DNA of 64,000 nucleotides from Lama glama (lineage: Eukaryota): NCBI GenBank assembly GCA_028534125.1, contig CM052817.1:93436001-93500000 (forward strand), written 5' to 3'. Of this stretch, positions 12,944 to 25,832 are shown piece after piece. Numbering within the stretch: position 1 is the stretch's first letter; the number at the start of each line of letters is the position of its first letter. The notes below the pieces were generated by a model that had not been told where the DNA came from, made no database searches, and was given only the letters and a program-made list of their open reading frames with translations. Made by a program: the position numbers and the translations under genes.

Positions 12944-15900
12944 AAAATTCTTCACCTAACTGCTTAACAGGGATCACATAAGGAGAGTCTTTAAGAGCCA
13001 GGGTTGCCATGTATTAGTGTTCAGATGAAAGTGCCAAATATATTCCAATTACCTGATTATTATTTGGCCAGTGGTCTGAGGGAAAAGTACGGCCTTCATC
13101 ATTACAAAGCACCAAAAGTATCGCATCGTGGCTGACACACAAAATGAAGGTCAGAGCCAACCAAATCAATATCAGTTTGAGCACCAGCCTCAGGGGTCAA
13201 AAATTTCACAATGAAATTAATTTATTCACTCTTAGCTGAATTAGCAATGGTGCTATGACTTCCGTTTAATTTCCAAATTGGAAAAATCAAAATGAAAAAT
13301 ATTAAAATTCAATAAAAATGTTATTAAAAATAATCCATTCATTAAAGTACCTGAGAAAATCATTTCTGTGTGACCTTTCTTCCTGGGACCTCTCTGCCAT
13401 CAGAATAGAAAAAGACTGAAAATGAAATATGAAAGCATTTTTGAGACAGGAAGAGAGTATACTAGGTGAATATTTTTTTCTGTATAAGAGCAGAGGTGGT
13501 TCAGAAAAGGAGGACAGTCTCCCACAAAGACTAGCAAGGGTCCCCGTATTCCCACCTGGAGGTTATATATTACCATCCTAAATTACAACAATTTCCTGAT
13601 GCCCTGAGGGAAAGAGAGGAGGAACTGAATCGGGGAACTATAATTGTCACAAACATGACAGAATGTCTAAACACAATAATCCACAAATTCTGCTGTATAA
13701 TTATAAAACAAAATCATAGTTTTATTATGCTGCTGCAGACGTAGCCACATAGTTTGGCAAAGTGTACATCAATAACAAAGACAGTCTATAAGCTCCATCT
13801 TGCAGATAATATTCTTCTTTCTTGAAGCTTTTGCTTGTGATATAGGGGAGGGGTGGGGCCAGGCCATTAGACTGAGGAGCAGGCGTTGTAAAGACCCTGC
13901 CCCAACCTGCTACTGCACAGAGGTCACTGAGGAGGAGGGTTGGTTTCTATCAGCCCTTAAATCAATTGCTCCATCATTTATTCTTTTGACAATGAGTACA
14001 AAATGCGTTGACATTTGCCATTTTCATGAAGTTAAGGCATCCACCATCCCGTCACTTCAGTGTTTGGTCTTATCATAAAGAATCTTTTATTTCTAGAATA
14101 TTTTACCTTAGAGGAAGAATCATTCACCAGTCATTTGAGGACCCAAATCCGGTTAATTCTGGACCCCCAGGACTGGCACCTGCCCTGACTTCCAATTCTA
14201 TTTCGACACAGATGATTAAGGAGACACTGGAAATCATCTGCAAGTGGGAAGCCTTTTCTCTATTTGCTTTCTTTTTCATCTTTACAATTGAAAAGTGCAA
14301 ATCCGGGATATAAGGAAATAAAAGAATCTCATTCTCAGTATGAGTTTGGCAGCATGCTAATCTCAAGTAACATAGCTCCAGGGTTGCTAACTAGAACTAG
14401 GCACTGATGGTCTAAAATACCCCTAGTGAACAGTTAGAAGTGAGAGTCCTTCCTTCTACAGCCACAGAAGGTTAGCAGAGCAAAGCCTCATCTGTCTGAA
14501 GAATTCCCCAGTCAGCTTCAGTGAGTGCCTGCTCCCAGGAGCTCTTCTGCTGCAGGGGAGTGATTCCATGCACTTCATAGCCTGCTCAACACCAGGAGCT
14601 GCAGGCTTCTGCTCTTGGGAAGCTGGTGTTTACAGCTCAGCCTTGTCAGCACCAGCAAGGAACACAGAGCAGATGTTATTTTCCTCGTGTTTTCACACTC
14701 CTTTGGGAAAAAGAATGTTTTGGTCCTCTTCCAAATTTCCACCAGATTTGGCCCTTCATTAAACTATTGCTGCATTAATTGTCTGGTAGCCAAGGTTGTC
14801 AGGGTGACAACCCTTTATTTATAATCTGAGTTAGCATAAACTAACTTGGGTCAATTATCAGCAATATGTCTTAATTTAGATATAAACTTTGACATCGCAG
14901 GAGATAGCCCATTCTCAACATACTTCTTATTTCCCCTCAGAGAATGAGGACAACTCATAGCTAAGTGAGAAAAGAAACATTTGTGAATCACTATCCAAAT
15001 GAGGAAAAAAAAGAAAAAATGACATAAAAGGGATGTTATTTTTCATACTGCCTGTTGAACTCTCTTTGTAAGTTAAGTTCTTAGAAAGAAAGATCTACTT
15101 TTTTATAGTAACTAAGCACTAAATGGTCCTCTAAGAGAATGAAAGTCAAACTGCTCTCTTAGCAAATAGATTAAAACCAGAGTGATTTAGACACGAGGAG
15201 AAACTCATGGATCAACTTTTCCATTTTCTTGCAAAGGCATATGAATATTGTATTTCATTGAACCTATAAACTATAGGCTTTTTTTCAATATCAATAATTT
15301 TATGAAAATAAAATATTCTCTAAAGATTTATTATATAGCAAAAGAATACCCTTTGAAGTGGAAAACTTTGTAAGGAAAAAAAGGAAAAATTGTAATCACT
15401 CTATCTGAATGTCATATCAAATATGTCCTCTATAAAATTCACATCTTTATAGATCCCTTTTCTCTGAGGTTCTTAGTTTTAATAATTCTAAATTCTTCCC
15501 TCTGTTCCTCCAGCTCTAGAGGTGGTAGCTACCTCTTAGAGCTCCCATCTGTTATAATTTTACCTCATTCAAAACAATATGCTTACTTAATTACTCCTAG
15601 TCAACATCTATGTCCAAAAAAGCAATGTGCTTTCTGTCTCCTGACTAGGCTCCGCTTGATTCAATAACCCTATGGGGGCAGTTAGGGCAAAACTTACTGT
15701 CCCCACTTCATGAATGTCCAGGAAGAAACATTTTAAGCCTAGGAAAGGAAAACCTGGGATTTGAGTTCTGTATTCAAACTCCAACCTTGACACTATTTTC
15801 ACAGACACTGTTTCTATGTGTAAACGGAATTAAGTGCTTCGAGATACTGCACATGTTCAATAAAAAATCTTCCGCCCCAAGTAACTAAGGTGGCCTAGGT

Positions 15901-16106
15901 GAACATGTCAGATCTTTTGTACAAAGCCCCAAGCTAACTTTTACACAAAAGTTCTTTAACTTCGATTCATTCTAATAGGTTTGAGAGTTTGGGTTAAGAT
16001 GTATTCTTTTTCCTGTAGTGTAATAAACAGTCACCATCCGTTACGTTGGAGTCCATTGAATAAGTCAAAACCACGGTTGTGAGCTCATTCTTTCCTATGC
16101 AGTTTT

Positions 16107-17154
16107 TCTCTCTCTCTTTTTTTTAATTGAACTATAGTCTATTTACAATGTCGTGTTAGTCTCTGGTGTACAGCATGGTGATATATGTGTACATATATAT
16201 TCTTTTTCATATTTTTTTCATTATAGGTTAGAGTTCCCTGTGCTATACAGTAGGGCCTTCCTGTTTATCTATTTTATATATAATAGTTAATATCTGCAAA
16301 TTCCAAACTCCCAATTTATTTCTCCCCTTACTTTCCCCCTTGGTAACCGTAAGTTTGTTTTCTACCTCCATGAGTCTGTTTCTGTTTTGTAAATAAGTTC
16401 ACTTGTGTCATTGTTTTTCGATTCCACATATAAGTGATATCATCTGATATTTGTCTTTCTCTTTCTGGCTTAGATCACTCAGTATGATTACCTCCAGGTC
16501 CATCCATGTTGCAGCACAAATGGGACCTAATTAAACTTACAAGCTTCTGTACAGCAAAGGAAACCATAAATGAAACTAAAAGACAACCTTCAGAATGGGA
16601 GGAAATTTTTGCAAATGGCATGACTGACAAGGGCTTAATTTCCAGAATATACAAACTGTCAGTAACAAAAACAACAACAACGACAAATAATAACCGAAAA
16701 GTGGGCAGAAGGCCTAAACTGACAGTTCTCCAATGAAGAGCTACAGATGGCTAATAGGCACATGAAAAGATGTTCAACGTTGCTAATTATCAGAGAAATG
16801 CAAATCAAAACTACGAGGTACCACCTCACAGCAGTCAGAATAGCCATCATTAAAAAGTCCACAAACAATAAATGTTGGACAGGGCGCGGAGAAAAAGAAA
16901 TGCTCCTACACTGTTGGTGGGAATGTAGTTTGGTGCAGCCACTATGGAAAACAGTATGGAGATTCCTTAAAAAATTAAAAATAGACCTACTATATGATCC
17001 AGCAATCTCACTCCTGGGCATATATCGAGAGGGAACTCTAATTCAACAAGATACTAGCACCCCAATATTCACAGCAGCACTATTTACAGTAGCCAAGCCA
17101 TGGAAGCAACCTAAATGTCCATTGATAGATGACTGGATAAAGAAGTGTGGTGTA
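16107..17154 (-). mobile_element. 5'-inverted (twin-primed) L1: 3' part on minus 16107-~16520, inverted ORF2 part on plus ~16517-17154
   Basis: Poly-T tail and antisense 3' UTR, then a sense ORF2 C-terminal peptide ([19 protein letters not shown]...[20 protein letters not shown]). 16-bp TSD tttcctat(g/a)cagtttt at 16091-16106 and 17155-17170. Confidence 0.92.
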
Positions 17155-18819
17155 TTTCCTATACAGTTTTAAAAGTGGCATTTAAAAAGCAAAAACAAAA
17201 TACTAAGTAAAACACAGCCTTCAGGATTACATTTGCTTGCTGCCAGCTACTCTATAAATATGAAAACAGATCTTGGAAGCCGCTGTTTAAAATGAAAGTA
17301 ATGAGCATTTCCTGATGGGGTGTTCAGCAAGCTTTTCTAGACATGGGCTTCCTTACTTTTTTTTGGCCAAACTGTGTGTTTTTTCCTCCTGTCTGCTCGG
17401 TGGGTGTGTTTTTAAAGGCTGCTTTGTGTCCCTGTAAATTACAGGAATTCCTTCACCATACACCCGGAAGCCCTGGCAGCAAGGGCCAATCAAGTTGCAG
17501 AAGGCACCCCGAATGCTTCCTAAACGGCCTCCCACAATTGGCAGCATGAAGACAACACCAGAAAAAGTGAAACAGAAACTACAAAAGCAAATACATCAAC
17601 TTTTATTCTTCCTCATTTCTTTCTAAATCCTCAGAATCTATACACAATAAAAAAAAAAGATGAAAGTAGTTAACTGGGCAGTGCCTACGCTATATATTAA
17701 AATACATAACCTGTCTCACATGAAAATGGAATTTCTACTCTTCAAGTATATATACAGAGATGGATACAAATAGATACTACTTTTCTACACTAGAGAATAT
17801 TCCCAAACCATGTCTCACCAGGAATTTAACAAATCCATCTGCTAATTTCATAAGACTGGACTTCAGCCCCCTTTTGGTGGCTTATGACACATCACTAACA
17901 GAGAGCAAAGACAGAAACGAGAGAATAAAAGAAACCCTGCCACCTCTCTTAATTACTATCTATTAATTAAGCACCTATGAAAGAGCATCGCCCTGTTTTC
18001 ATAGCCCCAACATGATCTGTTGATCATCCACGGATTTGCCATCGAGAACTATTGTTGAATGACGGCATCTGAGCTGCCTCTGCTTGTGGCTGAGTACCGC
18101 CTGCTGCACGAGAGGCAGCTTCCTACCGCAGTGACCGGGACGCCAGCTGATGACAAGCGGCCTGCTCAGTTACGAAGAGAGTAGCTTACACATATAGGGT
18201 GGTGGTTCACAGCTCACCACTCAGACAACTACACCCCTAATTCAACTGGACTTTGAAGATTATCTGATACTTTGGATCACAGAACACAAAAGTGCTACCA
18301 AAGAGCACATGTTAAAAGGTGAGAAGTCACCTACTGCATTTGTTTTAATGTCTGTCATAAAAGAAACAATATCTACATCTGCAACCTTTAACTCACGAGG
18401 GACAACTGTAAGTACCCTACCTTCATCCTGCTAACATCTGTGAAGCTAATGAACAGACAGCGTGCCGATGTATTCATTAGGGAATCGTCAAGGCCAAAAA
18501 CCCGGGGATCCCTACCAGGAGGTGCTTTGAAAGTTGCGTGTATAAACGTTCGCCTCTAGGGGGAACTCCAGGCTCTTTGCCTTAATTTTTCTAAAGGCTA
18601 AGTTGGGAAAAAAGGAGAAACCTCCACTACACTGAGAGAGAATGATCTGGCTGGTTGGATCCCAGGACATTGATTGGACCATGTTTTGTAGGACTGCAGC
18701 TTTCAGAGGGTTTGAAAGTCAGCATAAGTGATTACTTCTCTCTTCATGCTCTTTAGTTCTTCCATGTGGCAAACAGGCTGATCAGTATCCTGGCACATTC
18801 ATCTCTCTCCCTCTCTTTG

Positions 18820-18890
18820 TATATATAGATAAATATACACACATATATTTATACATATACATATGTATACACACATATATGTATACTCTA
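18820..18890. repeat. Degenerate (TA/CA)n low-complexity tract
   Basis: Seen directly. Confidence 0.8.
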
Positions 18891-20116
18891 TGCATATTCA
18901 CGTAAACCCAGGATTATCTGACTACTGCCCTTGCTCAGCCATCCATGTCCATGTTTTTAAGGGCAAATATTGTGTAAAGGAATATATTCACATTCCCCAT
19001 GCACTGGCCATAACATCACAGCACCCTAGATCTTCCTCTGATTTCCAATAATACACAGCGATAGAATGGAGTGCTTACTTTTAAACTGCACAGAACACCA
19101 TTAACTAGTTTTGTGACTTTGGGCATGTCCCTTGGTCTATGAGTTCCACTTTCCTCATTAAATGGTTTCTAAAGTGCTTTCTGGCTTCACTATTCTACGC
19201 ATTTTATCTTCATCAATTTCTTTCCAGTGCTAAGAGAAATTATGTCCAACAATGATTAGCCGTCTAAGTCATTTCTCCGCTGGGTGATGTCATTGATGTA
19301 ATAATGCCACTCAGGATCATGGAGCAAAGCCCAAAACATCCAACAAGGACACAGAACTCAAGTCAAGTGTATCTGACCAGTCGGCTGAAGAGACCTGACA
19401 CACAGCAGCCAAGCCCAGACCAATCTAAACAGATAAATCCCAACGCCAAAATCACAATCTGCCTTTAATTGCACGTACTGGGTATCAGGTGCGACGGAAC
19501 TTTCTTAGGGCCTTCGGACATTGGGTCAGCAAATGTGCGTGCGGATTCTTACACGTGAAAATTCAGTGGAATGCGTAGCCACCTTGCGTAAATCATCTTC
19601 CTGACTGTGCCTGCGGCTTTTCATCCTGCAACTATGCAATTCAGAAAAGGTGATGATGAGCACAGCTTATCTATACGTAGAAGGAACGAGATTTTCACAG
19701 GAAAGGTGGAGAAGGAGGGTCCCCGTTCCTCCATATACTTGGAGCTCTCACCCTTTCCATTTTGTACCTTTTGTTGGTCCTGGACACTCAAGGAATAAAT
19801 TGGCCAGAACAATTCAGGTAAAGAGGAGAAAGAATAAAATTAGAATCATGAATTCCAGTTCTTCCAGAGACTCTGTCTAGTAAAATGAGCTGGCATTATG
19901 GAAAATAGAGCAAAAAAAGATCTTAAATGCACTTGATGCAGTGCCCTCACTTTGCAAATGAGGAAACTGTAACTTAGAGAGGTCCGATCCTTCGCTGGGA
20001 TGATCTCTATTTGGGCCTTACCTTACATGCTATTCTGTGCATGGGAAATTCTGCTTGTGAACACTCCAGAGTTTAGAGAATCATGCTAAAAGATACACAA
20101 GTAACATAAGCCTAGT

Positions 20117-20730
20117 GTATCAGTTATCTATTTCTGCATAACAAACCATTTGTTACTTACGGACTTTACAAAAATGATGTTTTATTCCGTGTGACTCTGT
20201 GACGGAACCGGGCAGTTTTGTTCATCTCATCTGGCCTCACTCAGGTGGGGGTGGCCCAGACAGCTAGTGGCCTGGCTGGGGCTCGATGCTTTAAAATGGC
20301 CTCACAGCCTGCGGTCTCAGCTAGAATGGCTGGAAAAGCTGTAACATACAGGACTCACTCTCCATGCAACCTTTCACCTGGGGTTTTTACATGATGCTGG
20401 AAGTATCCCGAGATGGTAAAAGTAGAAGTTGTAAGGCCAATAGAAGTAGAGGTTCAGAAGTTCCTTTCTGTCATTTCTGCTGCATTGTGCAGGTCAAAGT
20501 AAGTCACAAAGGAAGGCCAGACTCAGAGGGTAGGAAAATAGATGCCACCTCTTTTTGGAGGTGCTACAAAGAACCTGTATGTATATGTGCATGGGTATAT
20601 ATGTGTATGTGTGTGTGTGTATATATGTGTATATATATTACTCTGTATATATATATATATACACATATATATATGTGTATATATATATATACATATATAT
20701 ATATTACTCTGATATGTATAATCTACCACA
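20117..20730 (-). mobile_element. MLT1-family MaLR LTR with an internal microsatellite
   Basis: Starts tgtatcagttatctatttctgcataacaaac, contains gtcaaagtaagtcacaaagg, and ends aatctaccaca. Confidence 0.7.
20577..20705. repeat. Compound (TG)n/(TA)n microsatellite
   Basis: Seen directly; atattactctg recurs twice within or at the edge of the tract. Confidence 0.95.
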
Positions 20731-21859
20731 CCCAGACAGAAGAAAGAAGTCAGGATGTTCAATAAGATACCGATTTGATTTCCTTTGTTTTCAATAGAAC
20801 ATATCCTTAGGGACAAAGGTGATGCTAGAGGTCACTGATTTATGCTTTCAGATTATTCATCACTTTTTTTGTTTGTTTGGTTTTTGTTGTAGCAATAGAT
20901 AATTGGTACAGCAATCTTTTTGTTTGTACAGGGTTTAAGAAAAAGAAACTTAAGCAGAAAAGATCTGTAGACAACTGGGGGGCTAGACTTTTCCTTTTGA
21001 ATTGTTTCTGTCTCTTTTAGTTGGCCAACGGTAGCTTCATCTTTATAATTTTCTTAAAAACTGTTTGAGCCTTACTTAGCAAATTAGCCCACTGCATTAG
21101 ACATCTATAAATCCCCTCTAGGCAGGCCCCTTCTATCTCGGACTGAGAATCTGGATGCTGGAGAAAATGCCCATAATATTTAATCTCTAGCCTTCAGAGC
21201 CTATGAGGTATTGCTTGATATCATTCTTAAAACCTTAAAGGGTCTACAGACTCCGATTTATTATAACTCTGAGACCATGTTTTACTGTTGGAACTTTGGG
21301 CCTTTGTCTTTGCCCTGAGATCATTTATGAAACTGAAAATATTTTTCTAGCTGGTAAAGTTGGGACTAAAAACTGGTAGCGAATACTTCAGTGACTGTTC
21401 TGGATGTGCTGTGAGTTAACAGGAGGATATGACATACACATATTTCACTTTCCTCTCTAGACTCATCATAAAAAGTTTCAAAAAGTTAATAGTACATTTT
21501 GAAACTTGCAGATTATTTATTAGTTTTAATTCTAACAAATAGAAACTATGCCATCACTGTGCTTTTGTACAATGTCTGCACCACAACTGGCACCCACGAA
21601 ACACCCAAACATAACAATAAGGAAAGAAGCAGGGACAGGCAGGTTTGACAGAAACTGAACTAGATTTTGTCAGTTTATTTACTGAACGCATGTTCTTATC
21701 CACTATGAAAAGTCATGACCTTTTCAGCTGAGGAAAGCAATTACTTTTTTGCACAGAGATTCTTTATGTAACAACACAAAGGAGATTCACAAGTTACCAG
21801 TTACTGGCAAGACTAAGGCACCCAAGGCAGACAGTGTCTAGTCACGTAAACTTTGGGAA

Positions 21860-21960
21860 GCAGTTCAGTGGAGCTAATGAAGTCAAAGCTTCGATCCTTA
21901 GATAGGCCAATTAACTTCCTGGAGAGAAACCTTTTATAATACAAGGACAGCCTTGATTAC
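21860..21960 (+). mobile_element. Possible MamSINE1-like ancient tRNA-derived SINE relic
   Basis: gagctaatgaagtcaaagcttcgatcc...ggccaattaactt resembles the recalled consensus. Confidence 0.35.
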
Positions 21961-22004
21961 TTCCTCTCCTAAATTCTTTCTTAACCTCAAGAGAAATTGA
22001 CAGC

Positions 22005-22600
22005 ATGATTCAATAAAATGCATATTTAGTTTAAATGCTACATATTCTGATAGATGCTATAGGGCTACCAAAAATAAGAACTATGTAGTCTTATTCCAGA
22101 ATTTTTAAGATAGCAAAACAAATAGGACTATTCAATCAGTTTACAACGTATAAAATGATAATGTGATGGAGAGGAAGTACAAATTATAATCCAAGTTCGA
22201 AGGAGGATGATATTATGTTAGGGAATCTAAGAAATATACAAAGATGATGATATTTGCACTTTTACATACACATGGAGGAAGATGTTCTAGATGAAGGGAG
22301 AGGGGAGTAGCAATTAAACAAAAATGATCTAGTTTTGTCAGAATATAGGGTCTAAAAAGAAAATTCATGGGAAACAATAATACAAATGTAGCTCAAAGCC
22401 AGATGATAAAGAATCTAGCTTGCTTTAGAAGGTAATGAGGAGCTACTGGAATAAAACAAAGCAGAGTGGAATCTTTAGGAAGATTGTTCTGGCAGCAATG
22501 AAAGTAGTTGATGATAGAGGACCTGAGTGGTTAGGAAGAGAGGGTTGATTTCTGCTACAATAAACTACATGAGAATACCGGAGGCCAAGACTATAAGGAA
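22005..22600 (-). mobile_element. L2 fragment
   Basis: Diverged purine-rich antisense L2 pattern (gccagatgataaagaatct, ggagctactgga, agattgttctggcagca). Confidence 0.5.
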
Positions 22601-23597
22601 AAAGGATCAAGAGGACCCAGGCACAGGTTACGTTTGTAAGGAGACGGCTAATCTACGTTTCTTAGAGACAGAGACCGATTAAAGAAGGAATATAAATCTT
22701 ACATAAATGTTTCAAAAGAGGAAGAGAAAATGCAAGCAAAAGATGGATAGCCTCACTACATTCGGTCATCTAGAGTCCAGCTTCTAGAGAGTGATGTCAT
22801 GCTTTGTCAGGGCACTTGATGAGTCTGGAAACTTCACCACAATCAGTTCATTAGGGCAATAACAGGGCAGGAGAAAAAAAGCCATCAAGGAGCAGTGCTG
22901 GTGAGATGCAAGACTCGGTAGGAGAAGCCAATCAGCATGATTGTGTAAATATCTCCAGCCATAGTCAGTAGTCTAGGGAGATGATAGTAATCGAACAATG
23001 GAAAGCATCCCAGTTGGAAGCCAGGAGGGATCAAGTGAAGACAGTGAGAGAATCTAGAGTACTCTAGATTCTTTGCTGAGAACCTTTTTGAAAACTCATT
23101 CTATGGTTCTGGCTGAGAAAGGAGATAGGAGAAGGCAGAATGGAAAGGGCAGATGGACAGAGAGAGTGGGGTGGAAGTGCTGCGGATCTGGGCAAGGACC
23201 AGGCTCTGTAAGAGTGATGAGGAGCTGGGAGGAGAAAGGCTGCCCGTGAGTTACTAGAGTTCCCTGCAATCCATCACCTGTCTCCTGGGGTGGTGGCAGG
23301 GTGGGGCAGGGCACGCAGGCATTCTGGCCTCTTCTTTCTCCTCAGACAAACCACAAAACCATTGTGACCTGGGGGTAATGGAGAAAAGAGTTCACTTTCC
23401 TCCAGGTAAGTGTTCAAGAATGTAATATAGGTACTGACTGAAATGATCCTGCGGTCCTTTCTGGCATTAGCATTTTATGATTTGGGGGCTTTGGTCTATA
23501 GCCATTCTTATTCCCTGACCTCTTAACTAATTTGTAATTAACTTCAAACACATAGACAGCTAGTGAAAACAATAAAGCGCGATATAAAAAATATCCA

Positions 23598-23690
23598 GGG
23601 GGAGGGTATAGCTCAGTGGTAGAGTGCACACTAAGCATGCACAAGGTCCTGGGTTCAATCTCCAGTACCTCCATTAAATAAATAAATAAA
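23598..23690 (+). mobile_element. tRNA-derived camelid SINE (vic-1-like)
   Basis: GGGGGAGGGTATAGCTCAGTGGTAGAG (A box)...GGGTTCAATCTCC (B box), followed by a (TAAA)n tail; imperfect aaatat..cca flanks. Confidence 0.85.
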
Positions 23691-23904
23691 TATATACCCA
23701 TATATCTACCATTAATCTAATCATATCTGCTTTAGTTCTACTTTTAAAGAAAGATATAGATAAAGAAACACATTAAGAATTTTGTATGTCTTTTCTCAAT
23801 TGTATTTCTCTTCCTCTAATTCCAAAAATAATATCTGTCCTGAATTTAGTTGTTATTGTTCTCATGTGTTTTACATTTTTAATAAACATGTATGCCTCTG
23901 TCAC

Positions 23905-24316
23905 TTTTAATCTTTTCATTTTCAATATTTTGCAAGCCATATTCCATTATAGGTTATTACAAGATGTTGTGTGTAAGTTCCTGTGCTATACAGTAAATCC
24001 TTGTTGCTTATCTATTTTGTGTATATTAGTGTGTATCTGTTAATCCCCTACTCCTGATATATCCCTACCCTCTTCCCTGTCCCATTTGGTAACTGTATGT
24101 TTGTCTGCTATGTCTGTGAGTCTGTTTCTCATAGACTGAGTCTGTTTGTATATAGATTGAGTTGTATTATTTTTTAGATTCCACATATAATTGATATCAT
24201 ACAGTATTTGTCTTTCTCTGTCTGACATTTCACTAAACATAGTATTAACTAGGTCAATCCATGTTGCTGCAAATGGCAATATTTCATTCTTTTTTATGGC
24301 TGAGTAATGTGTATAT

Positions 24317-24360
<44 letters not shown>

Positions 24361-24430
24361 GACCTCTCCTTAAGCTGGAAACCAAGATTAGCTCCTTAAG
24401 CCAATCATCTATTGATGGGCACTTGGGTCA
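23905..24430 (-). mobile_element. L1 3' end fragment nested in an older L1M relic
   Basis: The minus strand translates as YSAIKKNEILPFAATWIDL (ORF2 C-terminus), followed by the 3' UTR. Confidence 0.88.
24318..24358. repeat. (CA)n microsatellite
   Basis: Seen directly, inside the L1 fragment. Confidence 0.97.
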
Positions 24431-24932
24431 TAACTTTTTATTTTAAAATATCTTTTTTTTCACAATGTACACAAAGAGTTCATTCATTTTTAACTGCTCT
24501 AATTCGTGCATATACAATTTATTTATTCATATCGTGTTAGTGGACTTTCAAATCTCTTGCAATTTTATACTAATAGAAAAAAGTATTGCAAAGAAGTTTT
24601 AGGAGACTGGACGGCAACCCTGTCTAAATATTTTAATTATCTAGAGAGTTTTGTTTTGTTTTGTTTAAATCCAGATGCCCTGTTCTACGGCTTGCATGCT
24701 ATTCTGTTTTACATCACAACAGACCTGGAAAATGGTAATATTTATAGGGTGCATTGCAGTAAAGAGAAATTGTTACTCATGGATGGTTAAAGTAGACCAG
24801 CCACTTCTACCTCACCAAACACATGCAGCCACCTCAAGGGCTAAAAGAATCAAATCTCTGTTGATTGAAAACCCTTCCCAATTTCCAGTGCAATGATGTG
24901 CAGGTCACACTGGCTACACAGCTCTATTCTAG

Positions 24933-25300
24933 GACAAGAAATCTCAAATTTGGCTGCATATTACAATCTGCTGGGGAGTTTTAAAAATCTGCTTATGCCC
25001 AGGCTGCACCCCGGGCCAATTAAATTAGAATTAGTAGGATCAAGACATCAGTTCTTTTTCAGCCTCTCAGGTGATTCCCACTTTCAGCTGAGGTTGAGAA
25101 CCACGCCCAAGCAGTTACCTCCCAAACTCCCCGATCATGAGAATCACCGAGGGCGCTTGTTACCAGTGCACATCTCCAGGCCTCAAACACTTTAGGGACC
25201 TGTCTGGGAAGCTGTAGGCTTAAAAATGCCTCAGGTATATACCTAGAAACAGAATTGCTGTGTCTCAACTCAACAGTGATGGGAAGGCCACTTTAGAGCC
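24933..25300. mobile_element. Two adjacent MER5-family DNA transposon relics (~24933-25105 and ~25110-25300)
   Basis: tctcaaatttggctgcatattacaatc...aggtgattcc...aggttgagaaccac, then cccaaact...agaatcacc...cctcaggt. Confidence 0.65.
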
Positions 25301-25604
25301 ATTTGAAAGCCCCTATTCACTGGGGCAATCAATCCAAGCAAGTAATCTTGCCTTTCCGGATAGCATCCATCTCTCGTGTCTACTGCAATGGCTGGTCTGG
25401 CTGGAATGGAAAAAATCAGATTCCTCAGAAAAGGGTCTCAGTTGGGTGTCATTAACCTTTTGAGGGGCTTCGTATAGTAACTGTGGCTGGTGTGGTCCTG
25501 CTGCCTCACGTGCATGTATCACATTGCCCACTGTGCCACGAAATAACCTGAGATTCCAGCCACAGAACTCATTCTTACCTTTGTTGACAAGGCTGTAAGA
25601 GACA

Positions 25605-25832
25605 CTGGTAAAGGGCAGGCTGTGGAACCAGACTGCCTAGGTAAATCCCAGCTCCACCAGCAACTGTGCAAACACGGGCTACACACCAAATCTAACCACG
25701 TTTTGGTTCCCTCATTTGTAAAAATAATCATGATAATAGTACCTACCCGCATGTTGTTGTTATGAAGATTAAATAGGATAAGTAACTATAAACGCCTAAA
25801 CCTACGTGCTTAATACAAGTTTTATTATTATG
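25605..25832 (+). mobile_element. MIR SINE
   Basis: cagactgcctaggtaaatcccagctccacc...cctcatttgtaaaa...aatagtacctacc...gattaaat. Confidence 0.8.

Noticed and set aside
12270..13010. Long ORFs (246 and 193 aa) in the ORF track
   Set aside because: Artefacts of translating the 500-N gap.
16506..17172. ORFs resembling a real protein
   Set aside because: Frameshifted L1 ORF2 fragments, not a host gene; the same applies to 30147-30497 and 24040-24354.
20364..20816. Tyr/Ile/Cys-rich ORFs
   Set aside because: Translations of the TA/TG microsatellite.
23598..23672. Possible tRNA gene
   Set aside because: A (TAAA)n tail, no oligo-T terminator and a degenerate anticodon arm indicate a SINE.
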